Assembly: GCA_963727505.1 (NCBI GenBank)
Contig: CAVSGP010000006.1
Span: forward strand, 1-64,000
Direction: 5' to 3'
DNA: 64,000 nucleotides
From: an uncultured Trueperaceae bacterium
GTDB lineage: Bacteria > Deinococcota > Deinococci > Deinococcales > Trueperaceae
The notes beneath the pieces were generated by a model. The model saw only the letters and a list, made by a program, of their open reading frames with translations. It was not told the DNA's origin and did not search any database. This document shows, in pieces, positions 55,808-64,000 of this stretch (within the stretch, counting starts at the first letter, position 1; each line of letters starts with the position of its first letter). The position numbers were made by a program, and so were the translations under genes.

Positions 55808-57405
55808 GTACCGACCCCGGCGCGCTCGGGGAAGCGCTCGGCGCCCACCGCGGCCAGGCGCGTGAGGAGAGGTTGCGGGGCGAAGCGTTCGGCGCCGGTC
55901 TCCTGCTGCAGGCCGCGCAGGGCGGTGTGCAGGTCCGCCAGACCGAGCTCGGAGGCCCAGGCCAGCGGGCCGTGCGGGTAGCGGGTGCCGAGCCGCATGG
56001 CGGTGTCGATGGCGGACGCGTCGGCCAGCCCTTCGGCTAGGGCGCTGGCAGCCTCGTTGGCGAGCAGCGCGACCAGCCGGAAGATCACGCCTCCTGCCCG
56101 GTCGGGCAGCGTGAGGGTGGCGAGGCCGTTCGCTTCCAGGACGTTGCGGGCGGGCTCGAGCGCGGCGGCGTCTGCGCCCTCGGGCGCCATCAGCTCGACC
56201 AGCGGCGGCTCGGCGAGCGGCGGCGCCAGGCTGAAGCCCACCAGCGACCGGCCGCAACGCTCCAGCGCGCGGCTGGCGGAGTGCGCCCAGCACAGGGTGG
56301 CCACCGGCAGACCGGCGAGCTCGTCGGGGAGGGCTTTGTCGGCAAGGTCGAGGCGTGCGTCGAGCACCAGTGCGGCGTCGACCGGTTGCTCGGCGACCGC
56401 AAGCCGCTCCCGCAGGGTCCGGGCGACCGCGCCCTGACCCAGCACCGCTACGCGTGGCGCGTTCGCGTGGTGCCGGGTCGGCGGCACCGCGGACGGCGGA
56501 CCACCGTAATCGCCTTCGTAGCGGTAGAAGCCGCGCCCGCTCTTGCGGCCGAGCCGCCCGGCCTGGACCATGGCCGCCTGCAAGGGGTGGGGCCGGTAGC
56601 GGGGTTCCTGGAAGAAGGCCTGGTAGACGCTCTGGGTCGCGGCGAAGTTGACGTCGATCCCGATGAGATCGAGCAGCTCGAAGGGGCCCATGGGGAAGCC
56701 GGCGCCCTTGGCGGCCCGGTCGATGGCCTCGACGCTCACGCCCTCGCCTGCCAGGCGCAACGCCTCGCCGTAGAAGGGTCGCGCCACGCGGTTCACGATG
56801 AAGCCGGGGCGGTCCTGCGCCACCACCGGCGTGCGCCCCAGCGCCCGGGCCAACGTGGTCGCGGCTTCGACGAGCTCGGGGTCGGTGCGCACGCCCGGCA
56901 CCACCTCCACCAGGGGCATCAGCGGCGCCGGGTTGAAGAAGTGCATGCCGACCACGTCCTCCGGCCGCGAGCATCCGGCTGCGATGGCTGTGACCGACAG
57001 CGTCGAGGTGTTGGTCGCGAGCGAGGCTCGCGGGTAGTCGCGGGCGGCGCGCTCGAACAGCGAGCGCTTCACCTCCAGGTCCTCGTAGACGGCCTCGAAC
57101 ACCCACGTGACGCCCTCGTCCGCCGGCGGCTCGGCCGCGAACGAAAGGCGCGCGAACACGGCGTCGGGGGACGCGTCGAGCCGGCCCTTGTCCGCAAGCA
57201 TGGTGAAGACGCCCCGCAAACTGCGGCGGGCGTCCTCGAGCACCGAGGCGTTGGCGTCGCACAGCGCGACGTGACTGCCGGCCTGGGCCAGGAGCTGGGC
57301 GATGCCGCGACCCATGGTGCCCGCGCCCAGGACTACCGTGCGCTCCGGGGCGGCGCAAACCTCCTCACCCCGGGCGCTGGATCGCGTTGGGGCCGTGTCG
57401 TTCAC
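55804..57405 (-). CDS. paaH: 3-hydroxyacyl-CoA dehydrogenase PaaH (duplicated C-terminal domain)
   Basis: GAGTMGRGIA, ATNTSTLS, GMHFFNPAP, GFIVNR, MGPFELLDLIG. Confidence 0.92.
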   Translation of the reverse strand: MNDTAPTRSSARGEEVCAAPERTVVLGAGTMGRGIAQLLAQAGSHVALCDANASVLEDARRSLRGVFTMLADKGRLDASPDAVFARLSFAAEPPADEGVTWVFEAVYEDLEVKRSLFERAARDYPRASLATNTSTLSVTAIAAGCSRPEDVVGMHFFNPAPLMPLVEVVPGVRTDPELVEAATTLARALGRTPVVAQDRPGFIVNRVARPFYGEALRLAGEGVSVEAIDRAAKGAGFPMGPFELLDLIGIDVNFAATQSVYQAFFQEPRYRPHPLQAAMVQAGRLGRKSGRGFYRYEGDYGGPPSAVPPTRHHANAPRVAVLGQGAVARTLRERLAVAEQPVDAALVLDARLDLADKALPDELAGLPVATLCWAHSASRALERCGRSLVGFSLAPPLAEPPLVELMAPEGADAAALEPARNVLEANGLATLTLPDRAGGVIFRLVALLANEAASALAEGLADASAIDTAMRLGTRYPHGPLAWASELGLADLHTALRGLQQETGAERFAPQPLLTRLAAVGAERFPERAGVGT

Positions 57406-57422
57406 GGGTGCCTCCATGGACT

Positions 57423-57447
57423 CGAACGAACGTTCGCGCACACTATA
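57423..57447 (-). promoter_or_regulatory. paa operon -10 element (TATAGT) and PaaR-type operator
   Basis: CGAACGAACGTTCG (57423-57436) just downstream of the -10; fits the Thermus PaaR consensus CNAACGNNCGTTNG. Confidence 0.75.
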
Positions 57448-57504
57448 GCCCAGCTCCTTCCGTGGCCCGCCGGGCCGCCCGACGGGGGTGGGGCGGCCCC
57501 GCGT

Positions 57505-59043
57505 TCACGGCGCGCCGCGCTCCAACAAGGCGTCGACCTGCTCGGCCAGGTGCAGCGTGGCCAGGGTCTCCGGTCGCTGCAGCGATTGACCGATGAGCGC
57601 CTCGATACGCTTGAGGCGGTAGCGCAAGGTGTTGACGTGGATGTGGAGTCGTTCGGCCAGCGTCCGCAGGTCGTCGGGGTTGCCGAGGTAGGCCACCAGC
57701 GTGCGCCACAGCTTGCCGTCGTCGGCGTCCTTGATCGGTCCGATCAGGCGGTCGCGGAAGGCCCGGAGGTTCGCTTCCGGCTGCTGCGTCAGCACCCAGT
57801 AGACAGGGTCGAAGCTGTCGAAGTGGCCCAGGCCGGCGGACCCGACCACCGCCTGGGCGGCCAGCGTGGCCTGCCGGTAGGCGTCGTGCACGCCGCCGAG
57901 GTCGCGGTGTGGCTGGCTGAAGCCGAGCCGTACCGGGCCGTTGTCGGGCTCCGCCGTTCGGAGCGCCTGCAAGAGCCCCTCTCCATGCCCGGCGGGCGCC
58001 CCGCCGGACACCACCCAGAGGACGTGCTCGGATCGCGTCTCGGACAGTGCTCCCAGGCCCAGCGAGCGGAAGAGCTCGTCCCCAGCGCTGCGGAGGCGCT
58101 CGAGCCGGAGGTGGCGGCCCTCACGGGCGCGGGCCGATGCCGGGCGCGGGCCGAGCTCCGCGACCGCCACGGCGTAGGGGTTGTCGAGGTCGAGGCCCGC
58201 GACGCGCAGCCGTGGGGCGAGTGCGTCGGCCGCGTGCGGTCCCGCCAGCCACTCGGCGAGAAGCGCGCTGCGTTGGGCGTCCTCCCTCCTGGCCTCCGCC
58301 GCCCGCGTGAGGGCGGTCACGGCGAGGAGGGTGCGGGTGAGCTCGAGCCAGGGCAGGCTCGACCGGGCGTTCCCGCTCGAAAGCAGCGTGAAGCGCAGCC
58401 GGCCGTCGGCGACGACTCTGAAGACGCGTGCCTCGCGCCCCCCCAGGCGCATCCGGCCCTCGCGGAGCTGCGACGCCTGCTCGGCCGACCCCTGCCAGCG
58501 CAGGTCACCTGCCCGGGCGAGCGCGGCGCCCCACGGTGTGAACAGCACGGCGCTCTCGCCGGTGATGCGCTGCAGCCGGTCGAGCAGCTCGCGTTCCGGT
58601 TTGGGGCTCTGCAGGGCGCGCAACAGGTAGCGCTGGGCGCTGGCGGCGGCACTTGCAGCCGCGCCAGCCTCGCCCACCAGCACCCGGAGCGCGCCTGCCT
58701 CCAGGCGCGCGACGTTGACCGTCGGGGGCAGCGACAACAGGGTGATGCCGGCCGTGCTCGCGCGCTTCAAGAGCGCCTCCGGTACCTCGCGCCGCTGCGG
58801 CGTCAGGGCGTAGACCAGCGCGGCTGGGGGAGGCACGAAGAGGGGATCCGGGCGGGGCCTCTTGCGTTCGTATGCCGCCTCGGTCCAGCGAAGGTCGACG
58901 CCCGACAGCCACGGCTGGTCTTCGGCCAGGTCGGCCGAGCGGACCACCTCGAAGGCGACCTCACCCGACTCTCCCTCCGGGGGCGGTACGTGAACGCTGA
59001 GGGCGAGCGACGGGTCGTCGAGCAACGCCTGCAAGGTCGCCAT
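57505..59043 (-). CDS. PucR/CdaR-family transcriptional regulator
   Basis: C-terminal LWRTLVAYL...AERLHIHVNTLRYRLKRIE HTH. Confidence 0.9.
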   Translation of the reverse strand: MATLQALLDDPSLALSVHVPPPEGESGEVAFEVVRSADLAEDQPWLSGVDLRWTEAAYERKRPRPDPLFVPPPAALVYALTPQRREVPEALLKRASTAGITLLSLPPTVNVARLEAGALRVLVGEAGAAASAAASAQRYLLRALQSPKPERELLDRLQRITGESAVLFTPWGAALARAGDLRWQGSAEQASQLREGRMRLGGREARVFRVVADGRLRFTLLSSGNARSSLPWLELTRTLLAVTALTRAAEARREDAQRSALLAEWLAGPHAADALAPRLRVAGLDLDNPYAVAVAELGPRPASARAREGRHLRLERLRSAGDELFRSLGLGALSETRSEHVLWVVSGGAPAGHGEGLLQALRTAEPDNGPVRLGFSQPHRDLGGVHDAYRQATLAAQAVVGSAGLGHFDSFDPVYWVLTQQPEANLRAFRDRLIGPIKDADDGKLWRTLVAYLGNPDDLRTLAERLHIHVNTLRYRLKRIEALIGQSLQRPETLATLHLAEQVDALLERGAP

Positions 59044-59264
59044 GGCGATGCCTCTCCTTCGCGTACGCCTGCGGCGGGCGGGTGGGGCGTCTGCCTGGCG
59101 GCGCCTCCCCGGAACTTGTCGAGGGCTCCAATATACTCGATCGAGCCTGTGGCTCCCGACACTTGACCCCCCGGGGAGCGCTGCCTACACTCGTGGCACA
59201 TCCGACCCGCTTCGTCCCGGTACCCCCGTCACGTATGCTCGTCGGTGAGCGAGGAGAGGACGCG

Positions 59265-59744
59265 ATGATCGACCCCCGAGAGTTCCGCCGCGCGCTAGGG
59301 CGCTTCGCCACCGGAATCACGGTGGTGAGCATGCGGTCCGGCGACCGGACCTACGGGATCACCGTCAACGCGTTCATGTCGGTATCGCTGATGCCTCCGC
59401 TCATTGCTGTGTGTATCGACAAACGCGCGCAGGCACATGCCACCCTCAGCGAGAGCGAGCGCTTCGGGGTCAGCATCCTGCGCGCCGAGCAGGAGGCACT
59501 CTCCGACCACTTCGCAGGCCGGCCGGGCCAGGCCGTTGCCGATCCCTTCGAACATCTGCAAGGTTTCCCGGTCGTGCGTGGCGCGCTCGGCCAGCTCGTG
59601 TGCCGGACCTACGACATCGCCGACGCGGGGGATCACAGCTTCTTCCTGGGAGAGGTCGAGGCGCTGACGTCGGCCGAAGGGCGCCCACTGCTCTACTTCG
59701 AGGGGCGCTACGCCCACGTCCACGACATGGAACTGACCGAGTAG
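59265..59744 (+). CDS. Flavin reductase (HpaC/RutF-like)
   Basis: FRRALGRFATGITVV, SVSLMPPL, GDH, PLLYFEGRY. Confidence 0.93.
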   Translation: MIDPREFRRALGRFATGITVVSMRSGDRTYGITVNAFMSVSLMPPLIAVCIDKRAQAHATLSESERFGVSILRAEQEALSDHFAGRPGQAVADPFEHLQGFPVVRGALGQLVCRTYDIADAGDHSFFLGEVEALTSAEGRPLLYFEGRYAHVHDMELTE

Positions 59745-59965
59745 CGGCGGCGCCGCGCCGGGTCGTTGCGCGCTCTGGCGAGCCGAGCGCCGGTCGCGCT
59801 CGAGGCGGTGCCCGGCCGGGCCGCCGGGGCACGGTTCCGAGCGGCCGCTCGCCGCGGCGGGCGTTACGGAAATCGTACGCGCTGCGGCCGTAGACTGTCG
59901 CTAGAGCCCTTCGCGATCCCGTCGCTCGCTGACGGACCGCGGTCCGGGCGACCTTGGGAGGTGCC

Positions 59966-61330
59966 GTGGTCCATGCCTCGGTGCCGCGCCGGCGCGTCCG
60001 TCGGCGGCGGTGGTTATGGTTCTCGGCCGCGCTGGTGGCGGTCGGCGTGCTGGTGACCGTGTTGGTTCTGCGCCCCAGCGGGACGGCTCCGCAGCGGGTG
60101 TACCTGGAGAGCGTGAAGCGCCAGACGTTCGTGCGCGAGGTCAGCGGCACGGGCGTGGTCAGCGCGGCGCGGAGCCGAACGCTGGTGTTCTCCGGTAGCG
60201 GCACCGTCGCAGAGGTGTTGGTGAACGAGGGCGACCGGGTCGAGTCCGGCGCCCCCCTGGCGCGGCTCGACACGCGGGCGCTGGAGCGTGATCTCGCCAG
60301 CAGTCGGTCGGCCCTCGCCTCGGCGCGCGCCGACCTGGAGCGCGTGCTCGCCCAGCAGACGATCGATCGCCTCGACGCCCAGGCCGCCGTCACGGCCGCG
60401 GAGAATCAGCTCGCGACGGCGCGCCAGACCCTGATCGACGCCCGCACGAACCTCGCCTCGAGCGAGCGCTTGTTCGCCGTCGGCGGAGCCTCCACGACCG
60501 AGCGGGACGCGGCGCGCACGGCGGCCGAGCAGGCCGATCGTCAGGAGCGCCAGGCGGCGCAGGCGCTCGCCACCGCGAAGGCGCGGCTCGAGGGTTACGA
60601 CGCGCTGGCGCAGGCGCAGCGCAAGAGCGGCGAAGCGTCCATGTCGAAACTCGAGACCGCCCTCGCCAACCTCGAGCAGCAACGTGTCGAGGCCACGCTG
60701 CGGGCGCCCTTCGCGGGGGTGGTGTCCTCCGTGCCCTTGAAGGCCGGCGATCTCGTCACGCCCGGTGCCCCGCTTGGCATCGCGATGGTGGACGACAGCA
60801 GCGTCAGCGTTCTGGCCGATTTCGACGAGAACCGGGCCGTCGACCTGACGGCGGGCCAGGCGGTCACCGTCACCCCGGACGCCGCCCCCGACCTTGCCCT
60901 GCCGGGCGTGGTGACGCGCGTCGATCCGGTGGCGGCGCGCGGCGGCGGCAGCGCTCAGCTCCGCGCCGAGATCGCCTTCGCACCGGCCGAGGGCGCCAGC
61001 CTGCCGCGAGCGGCCGTGCGCCCCGGCTACACCGTGACCGCCCGCGTGGTCGTGCGCCGCATCCCTGACGCGCTGGTCCTTCCGCTCGAGGCCATCGAGA
61101 CCGCGGACGGCGCCAGCTACGTCTTCCGAGTGCGCGAGACCGGTGACCGGCGCGGGCAGGCGCGGGGCGTGGCCCAGCGCGTTGCGGTCGAGGTGCTCGA
61201 CCGCAACGAGACCCTGGCAGCAGTGGCCGACGGCGCTCTCAGCGACGGGGACCGCGTCGCCGCTACCAACGTGGATAAGCTCGCCGACGGCGACGCGGTC
61301 GGCTTCGAGGCCACGGGGGGCGGGGGATGA
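59966..61330 (+). CDS. Periplasmic adaptor/membrane fusion protein (MacA-like)
   Basis: N-terminal TM, GTVAEVLVNEGDRV, long coiled coil, LRAPFAGVV. Confidence 0.9.
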   Translation: MVHASVPRRRVRRRRWLWFSAALVAVGVLVTVLVLRPSGTAPQRVYLESVKRQTFVREVSGTGVVSAARSRTLVFSGSGTVAEVLVNEGDRVESGAPLARLDTRALERDLASSRSALASARADLERVLAQQTIDRLDAQAAVTAAENQLATARQTLIDARTNLASSERLFAVGGASTTERDAARTAAEQADRQERQAAQALATAKARLEGYDALAQAQRKSGEASMSKLETALANLEQQRVEATLRAPFAGVVSSVPLKAGDLVTPGAPLGIAMVDDSSVSVLADFDENRAVDLTAGQAVTVTPDAAPDLALPGVVTRVDPVAARGGGSAQLRAEIAFAPAEGASLPRAAVRPGYTVTARVVVRRIPDALVLPLEAIETADGASYVFRVRETGDRRGQARGVAQRVAVEVLDRNETLAAVADGALSDGDRVAATNVDKLADGDAVGFEATGGGG

Positions 61331-62160
61331 CATCTCGCTCCGCCGGCGCCCCGGCGGCCGACGGCGCCCGGCCCAACGACAGCGCCCGACTCAAGGACGG
61401 CGCCCCGTCCAGGGACGGGGATCCGCCTTCGCACGGGGGCCCGGTCATCGAGGCGCAGGGGCTGCACAAGGTCTACATCATGGAGGGCGGGCTGGAGGTG
61501 CGGGCGCTTCGCGGCCTCGACCTTGCGGTCGAGCGCGGCGAGTTCATCGCCATCATGGGGCCCTCGGGCAGCGGCAAGTCGACCCTCCTGCAGATCCTCG
61601 GATGCCTCGACGCGCCGACCTCCGGCAGCTACATGCTGGCCGGCCTGGAGGTGGCCCGCATGAGCGAGGACGCGCTGGCGCAGGTCCGCAACCGCCGCAT
61701 CGGGTTCATCTTCCAGTCGTTCAACCTGCTTCCGCGTGCAACGGCGCTGCGCAACGTGGCGCTGCCGCTGATGTACCGCGGCGTGCGGCCGCGCGAGCGC
61801 ATCGAGCGCGCCGCGGCGGCGCTGGAACGCATCGGCCTCGGCGACCGGCTCGATCACCGCTCCAACGAGCTCTCGGGCGGCCAGCGTCAGCGCGTGGCCA
61901 TCGCCCGGGCACTGGTGACCGAACCCGACATCCTGCTCGCCGACGAGCCCACCGGAAACCTCGATAGCCGCACCGGCGAGGAGATCCTGGCGCTCTTCGA
62001 TGCCATCCACCGCGAGGGGCGCACCGTGCTGATGGTCACGCACGAGGCGGAGGTGGCGCAACACACCGAGCGCATCGTCCACATCCGCGACGGGGTGGTG
62101 GAGTCGAGCGAGCGCGTGGTGTCGTCGACGCCGCCGCGCGGTCCGGTCGCGGCCCCCTAG
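61327..62160 (+). CDS. ABC ATPase, MacB/LolD family
   Basis: GPSGSGKST, IGFIFQSFNLL, LSGGQRQRVAIARAL, ADEPTGNLDS. Confidence 0.95.
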   Translation: MTSRSAGAPAADGARPNDSARLKDGAPSRDGDPPSHGGPVIEAQGLHKVYIMEGGLEVRALRGLDLAVERGEFIAIMGPSGSGKSTLLQILGCLDAPTSGSYMLAGLEVARMSEDALAQVRNRRIGFIFQSFNLLPRATALRNVALPLMYRGVRPRERIERAAAALERIGLGDRLDHRSNELSGGQRQRVAIARALVTEPDILLADEPTGNLDSRTGEEILALFDAIHREGRTVLMVTHEAEVAQHTERIVHIRDGVVESSERVVSSTPPRGPVAAP

Positions 62161-62168
62161 GAGCGGCG

Positions 62169-63365
62169 ATGATGCTTCTCGAGAACGTCCGCTCCGCGCT
62201 CGAGGCGCTGGCCGGCAACCGCCTGCGGTCGCTGCTGACCCTGATGGGCGTCATGATCGGCGTGTTCGCGGTGACGACCACCATCAGCCTGGGGGCGATC
62301 GCGACCGCCGGCATCACCTCGCAGCTCCAGGACTTCGGCAACCAGGCGCTGTTCATCACGCCCAACGAGGACAACCCACGCTCGACGAGCTTCACCGACG
62401 CCGACATCGACGCGCTCGCCAGGTTGCCGGTCAGCATCCTGCGCCAGCGCAACGTCCGCGGCGTGGCGCGCGCCGGTACGGAGGAGGCGCCGCTCACCGT
62501 GAACGGCGTGACGGCCAACGCGCCCCAGGTCGACCGCACCATCAAGCTGGCCCGCGGGCGCTACTTCACCGAGGAAGAGGACCGCAGGGCGGCTCCCGTG
62601 ATGGTGCTGTCCGCCGACGCCAAGGAATCGCTCTTCCCGGACGATCCCAATCCGGTCGGCCGGCAGGTCTCCGTCACGGTGGGCACCTCGCGCACCTTCT
62701 ACACCGTGATCGGGGTCAAGGAGACGCTCACGGGCGCCTTCACCTTCGCGGCGACCGTGGCGGCCGACGTGCCGTTGCAGACGCTCTACCTCAACCACCC
62801 GTCGCTGACGCGCGGCGAGTACCCGTTCCTGCCGGTGACGGTGGGTCTGGAACGGCCGATCGGCGATATCGAGGCGCAGGTCGACGCCATCCTCACCCGG
62901 CGCCGCGGCCCCGACACCTTCCGGATCCAGACCATCCAGGGCGCCCTGACGCTGTTCAACACCATCACCACCATCCTGCAGGCAGTGCTGGGCGGCATCG
63001 GCGCCATCAGCCTGCTGGTCGGCGGCATCGGCATCTTGAACATCATGCTGGTGTCGGTGACCGAGCGGACCCGTGAGATCGGCCTGCGCAAGGCGCTGGG
63101 CGCGAAGAAGGGCGTCATCCTCCAACAGTTCCTGATCGAGGCGGTCGTGCTGACGCTGGTGGGCGGCCTGGTAGGGTTGGCGGCCGCCATCGGCGTGCTC
63201 TACCTGGCGGTGGCGCTGGTCCCCTTCCTCGACAAGGTGGTGCTGTCGCCGTTCACCGTGCTGCTGGGGTTGTTCGTGAGCGTGGCGACGGGCGTGTTGT
63301 TCGGCGTCTGGCCGGCCAGCCGCGCCGCCAACCTGAGCCCGATCGAGGCGCTGCGCTACGAGTAG
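62169..63365 (+). CDS. ABC permease, MacB/FtsX family
   Basis: NRLRSLLT, ISLLVGGIGILNIMLVSVTERTREIGLRKALGA, PIEALRYE. Confidence 0.95.
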   Translation: MMLLENVRSALEALAGNRLRSLLTLMGVMIGVFAVTTTISLGAIATAGITSQLQDFGNQALFITPNEDNPRSTSFTDADIDALARLPVSILRQRNVRGVARAGTEEAPLTVNGVTANAPQVDRTIKLARGRYFTEEEDRRAAPVMVLSADAKESLFPDDPNPVGRQVSVTVGTSRTFYTVIGVKETLTGAFTFAATVAADVPLQTLYLNHPSLTRGEYPFLPVTVGLERPIGDIEAQVDAILTRRRGPDTFRIQTIQGALTLFNTITTILQAVLGGIGAISLLVGGIGILNIMLVSVTERTREIGLRKALGAKKGVILQQFLIEAVVLTLVGGLVGLAAAIGVLYLAVALVPFLDKVVLSPFTVLLGLFVSVATGVLFGVWPASRAANLSPIEALRYE

Positions 63366-63531
63366 CGGCGCAGCATGATTCGCGTCTCGGCCGGGCGGCG
63401 TGCAATCCTAGAGACCGTCGGCGCCGCAGGTTCGGGGATCGGCGGTCGCCACGGCCGGAGGACCACCCGGCCGGCGCCAGGCGGAGGGCGGGCGCGGGCA
63501 GGGCCGCAGAGGCGCCGGCAGGAGGGCCGTC

Positions 63532-64000
63532 ATGGATGACGCAATCACCACAGCGCTGGCGTTCGCCGAGGAGCGCATCGAGGACTACACGCAGGATCTG
63601 ATGGACTTCGTCACGATCCCGAGCGTCAGCACCGATCCCGAGCGTGAGCAGGACATCGGCGCGGCCGCGGTGTGGGCCGCGGCCCGGCTGCAACGGGCGG
63701 GCGTGCCCGAAGTCCGCGCCATCGACACCCCGGGACACCCGGTCGTGGTCGGCCGCTGGCAGGTCGACCCGAGCAAGCCGACGGTGGTGATCTACGGACA
63801 CTACGACGTGCAACCGCCCGACAACCTGGAGCTGTGGGAGACCCCGCCCTTCGAGCCGGAGGTGCGGGAAGGCAAGGTGTTCGGTCGCGGCGCCAGCGCC
63901 AGCAAGGGCAGCGTGCTGGTGCCCATCCAGGCGGTGGAGGCCTGGTCGGAGACGGCGGGCGCCCCTCCTGTGAACGTCACGTTCGTGCTCGAGGGCGAGG
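63532..64000 (+). CDS. M20-family dipeptidase-like protein (partial, runs off the window)
   Basis: TIPSVS, PTVVIYGHYDVQP, WETPPFEP, GRGA..KG, EGE; GGAGG RBS. Confidence 0.88.
   Translation, partial: MDDAITTALAFAEERIEDYTQDLMDFVTIPSVSTDPEREQDIGAAAVWAAARLQRAGVPEVRAIDTPGHPVVVGRWQVDPSKPTVVIYGHYDVQPPDNLELWETPPFEPEVREGKVFGRGASASKGSVLVPIQAVEAWSETAGAPPVNVTFVLEGE

Overview
High-GC bacterial chromosomal segment, very likely Deinococcota (Deinococcales/Trueperaceae-like). Evidence: a 23S-5S-tRNA-Gly(GCC) unit, a Thermus-type Gfh1 transcription factor, Thermus-like GlnK, a Thermus PaaR-type operator and many apparently leaderless genes. In order, the window holds: the rRNA/tRNA unit; a small scarred accessory patch (DUF805-like gene plus a decayed copy flanking a GT4 glycosyltransferase, a VOC/PhnB gene remnant, two small membrane proteins, an 873-aa FG-GAP lipoprotein with a beta-pore-forming-like C-terminus); a BMP nucleoside ABC operon plus NUDIX; a DoxX gene and a secreted protein; a TPR lytic transglycosylase; two adjacent osmoprotectant ABC systems; gfh1, lysS and a GH13; two tandem amt-glnK operons; rmlA-like, acyl-CoA ligase and GGDEF-EAL genes; aguBA/speA; an RNase Z-like gene; a repeated beta-helix lipoprotein with a small companion ORF; a partial paa operon with PucR regulator; a MacAB-type exporter; and a partial M20 peptidase. 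No CRISPR, transposase, integrase or phage genes were seen. Three genes carry small indels, probably long-read errors. Best leads: the FG-GAP/beta-hairpin lipoprotein, the SARP-box beta-helix module, a promoter-terminator micro-unit at about 46.8 kb, 11-bp phased operators, and a PaaR-type box shared by the paa operon and the distant DUF805-like gene. All calls come from reading the sequence by eye; no searches were run.
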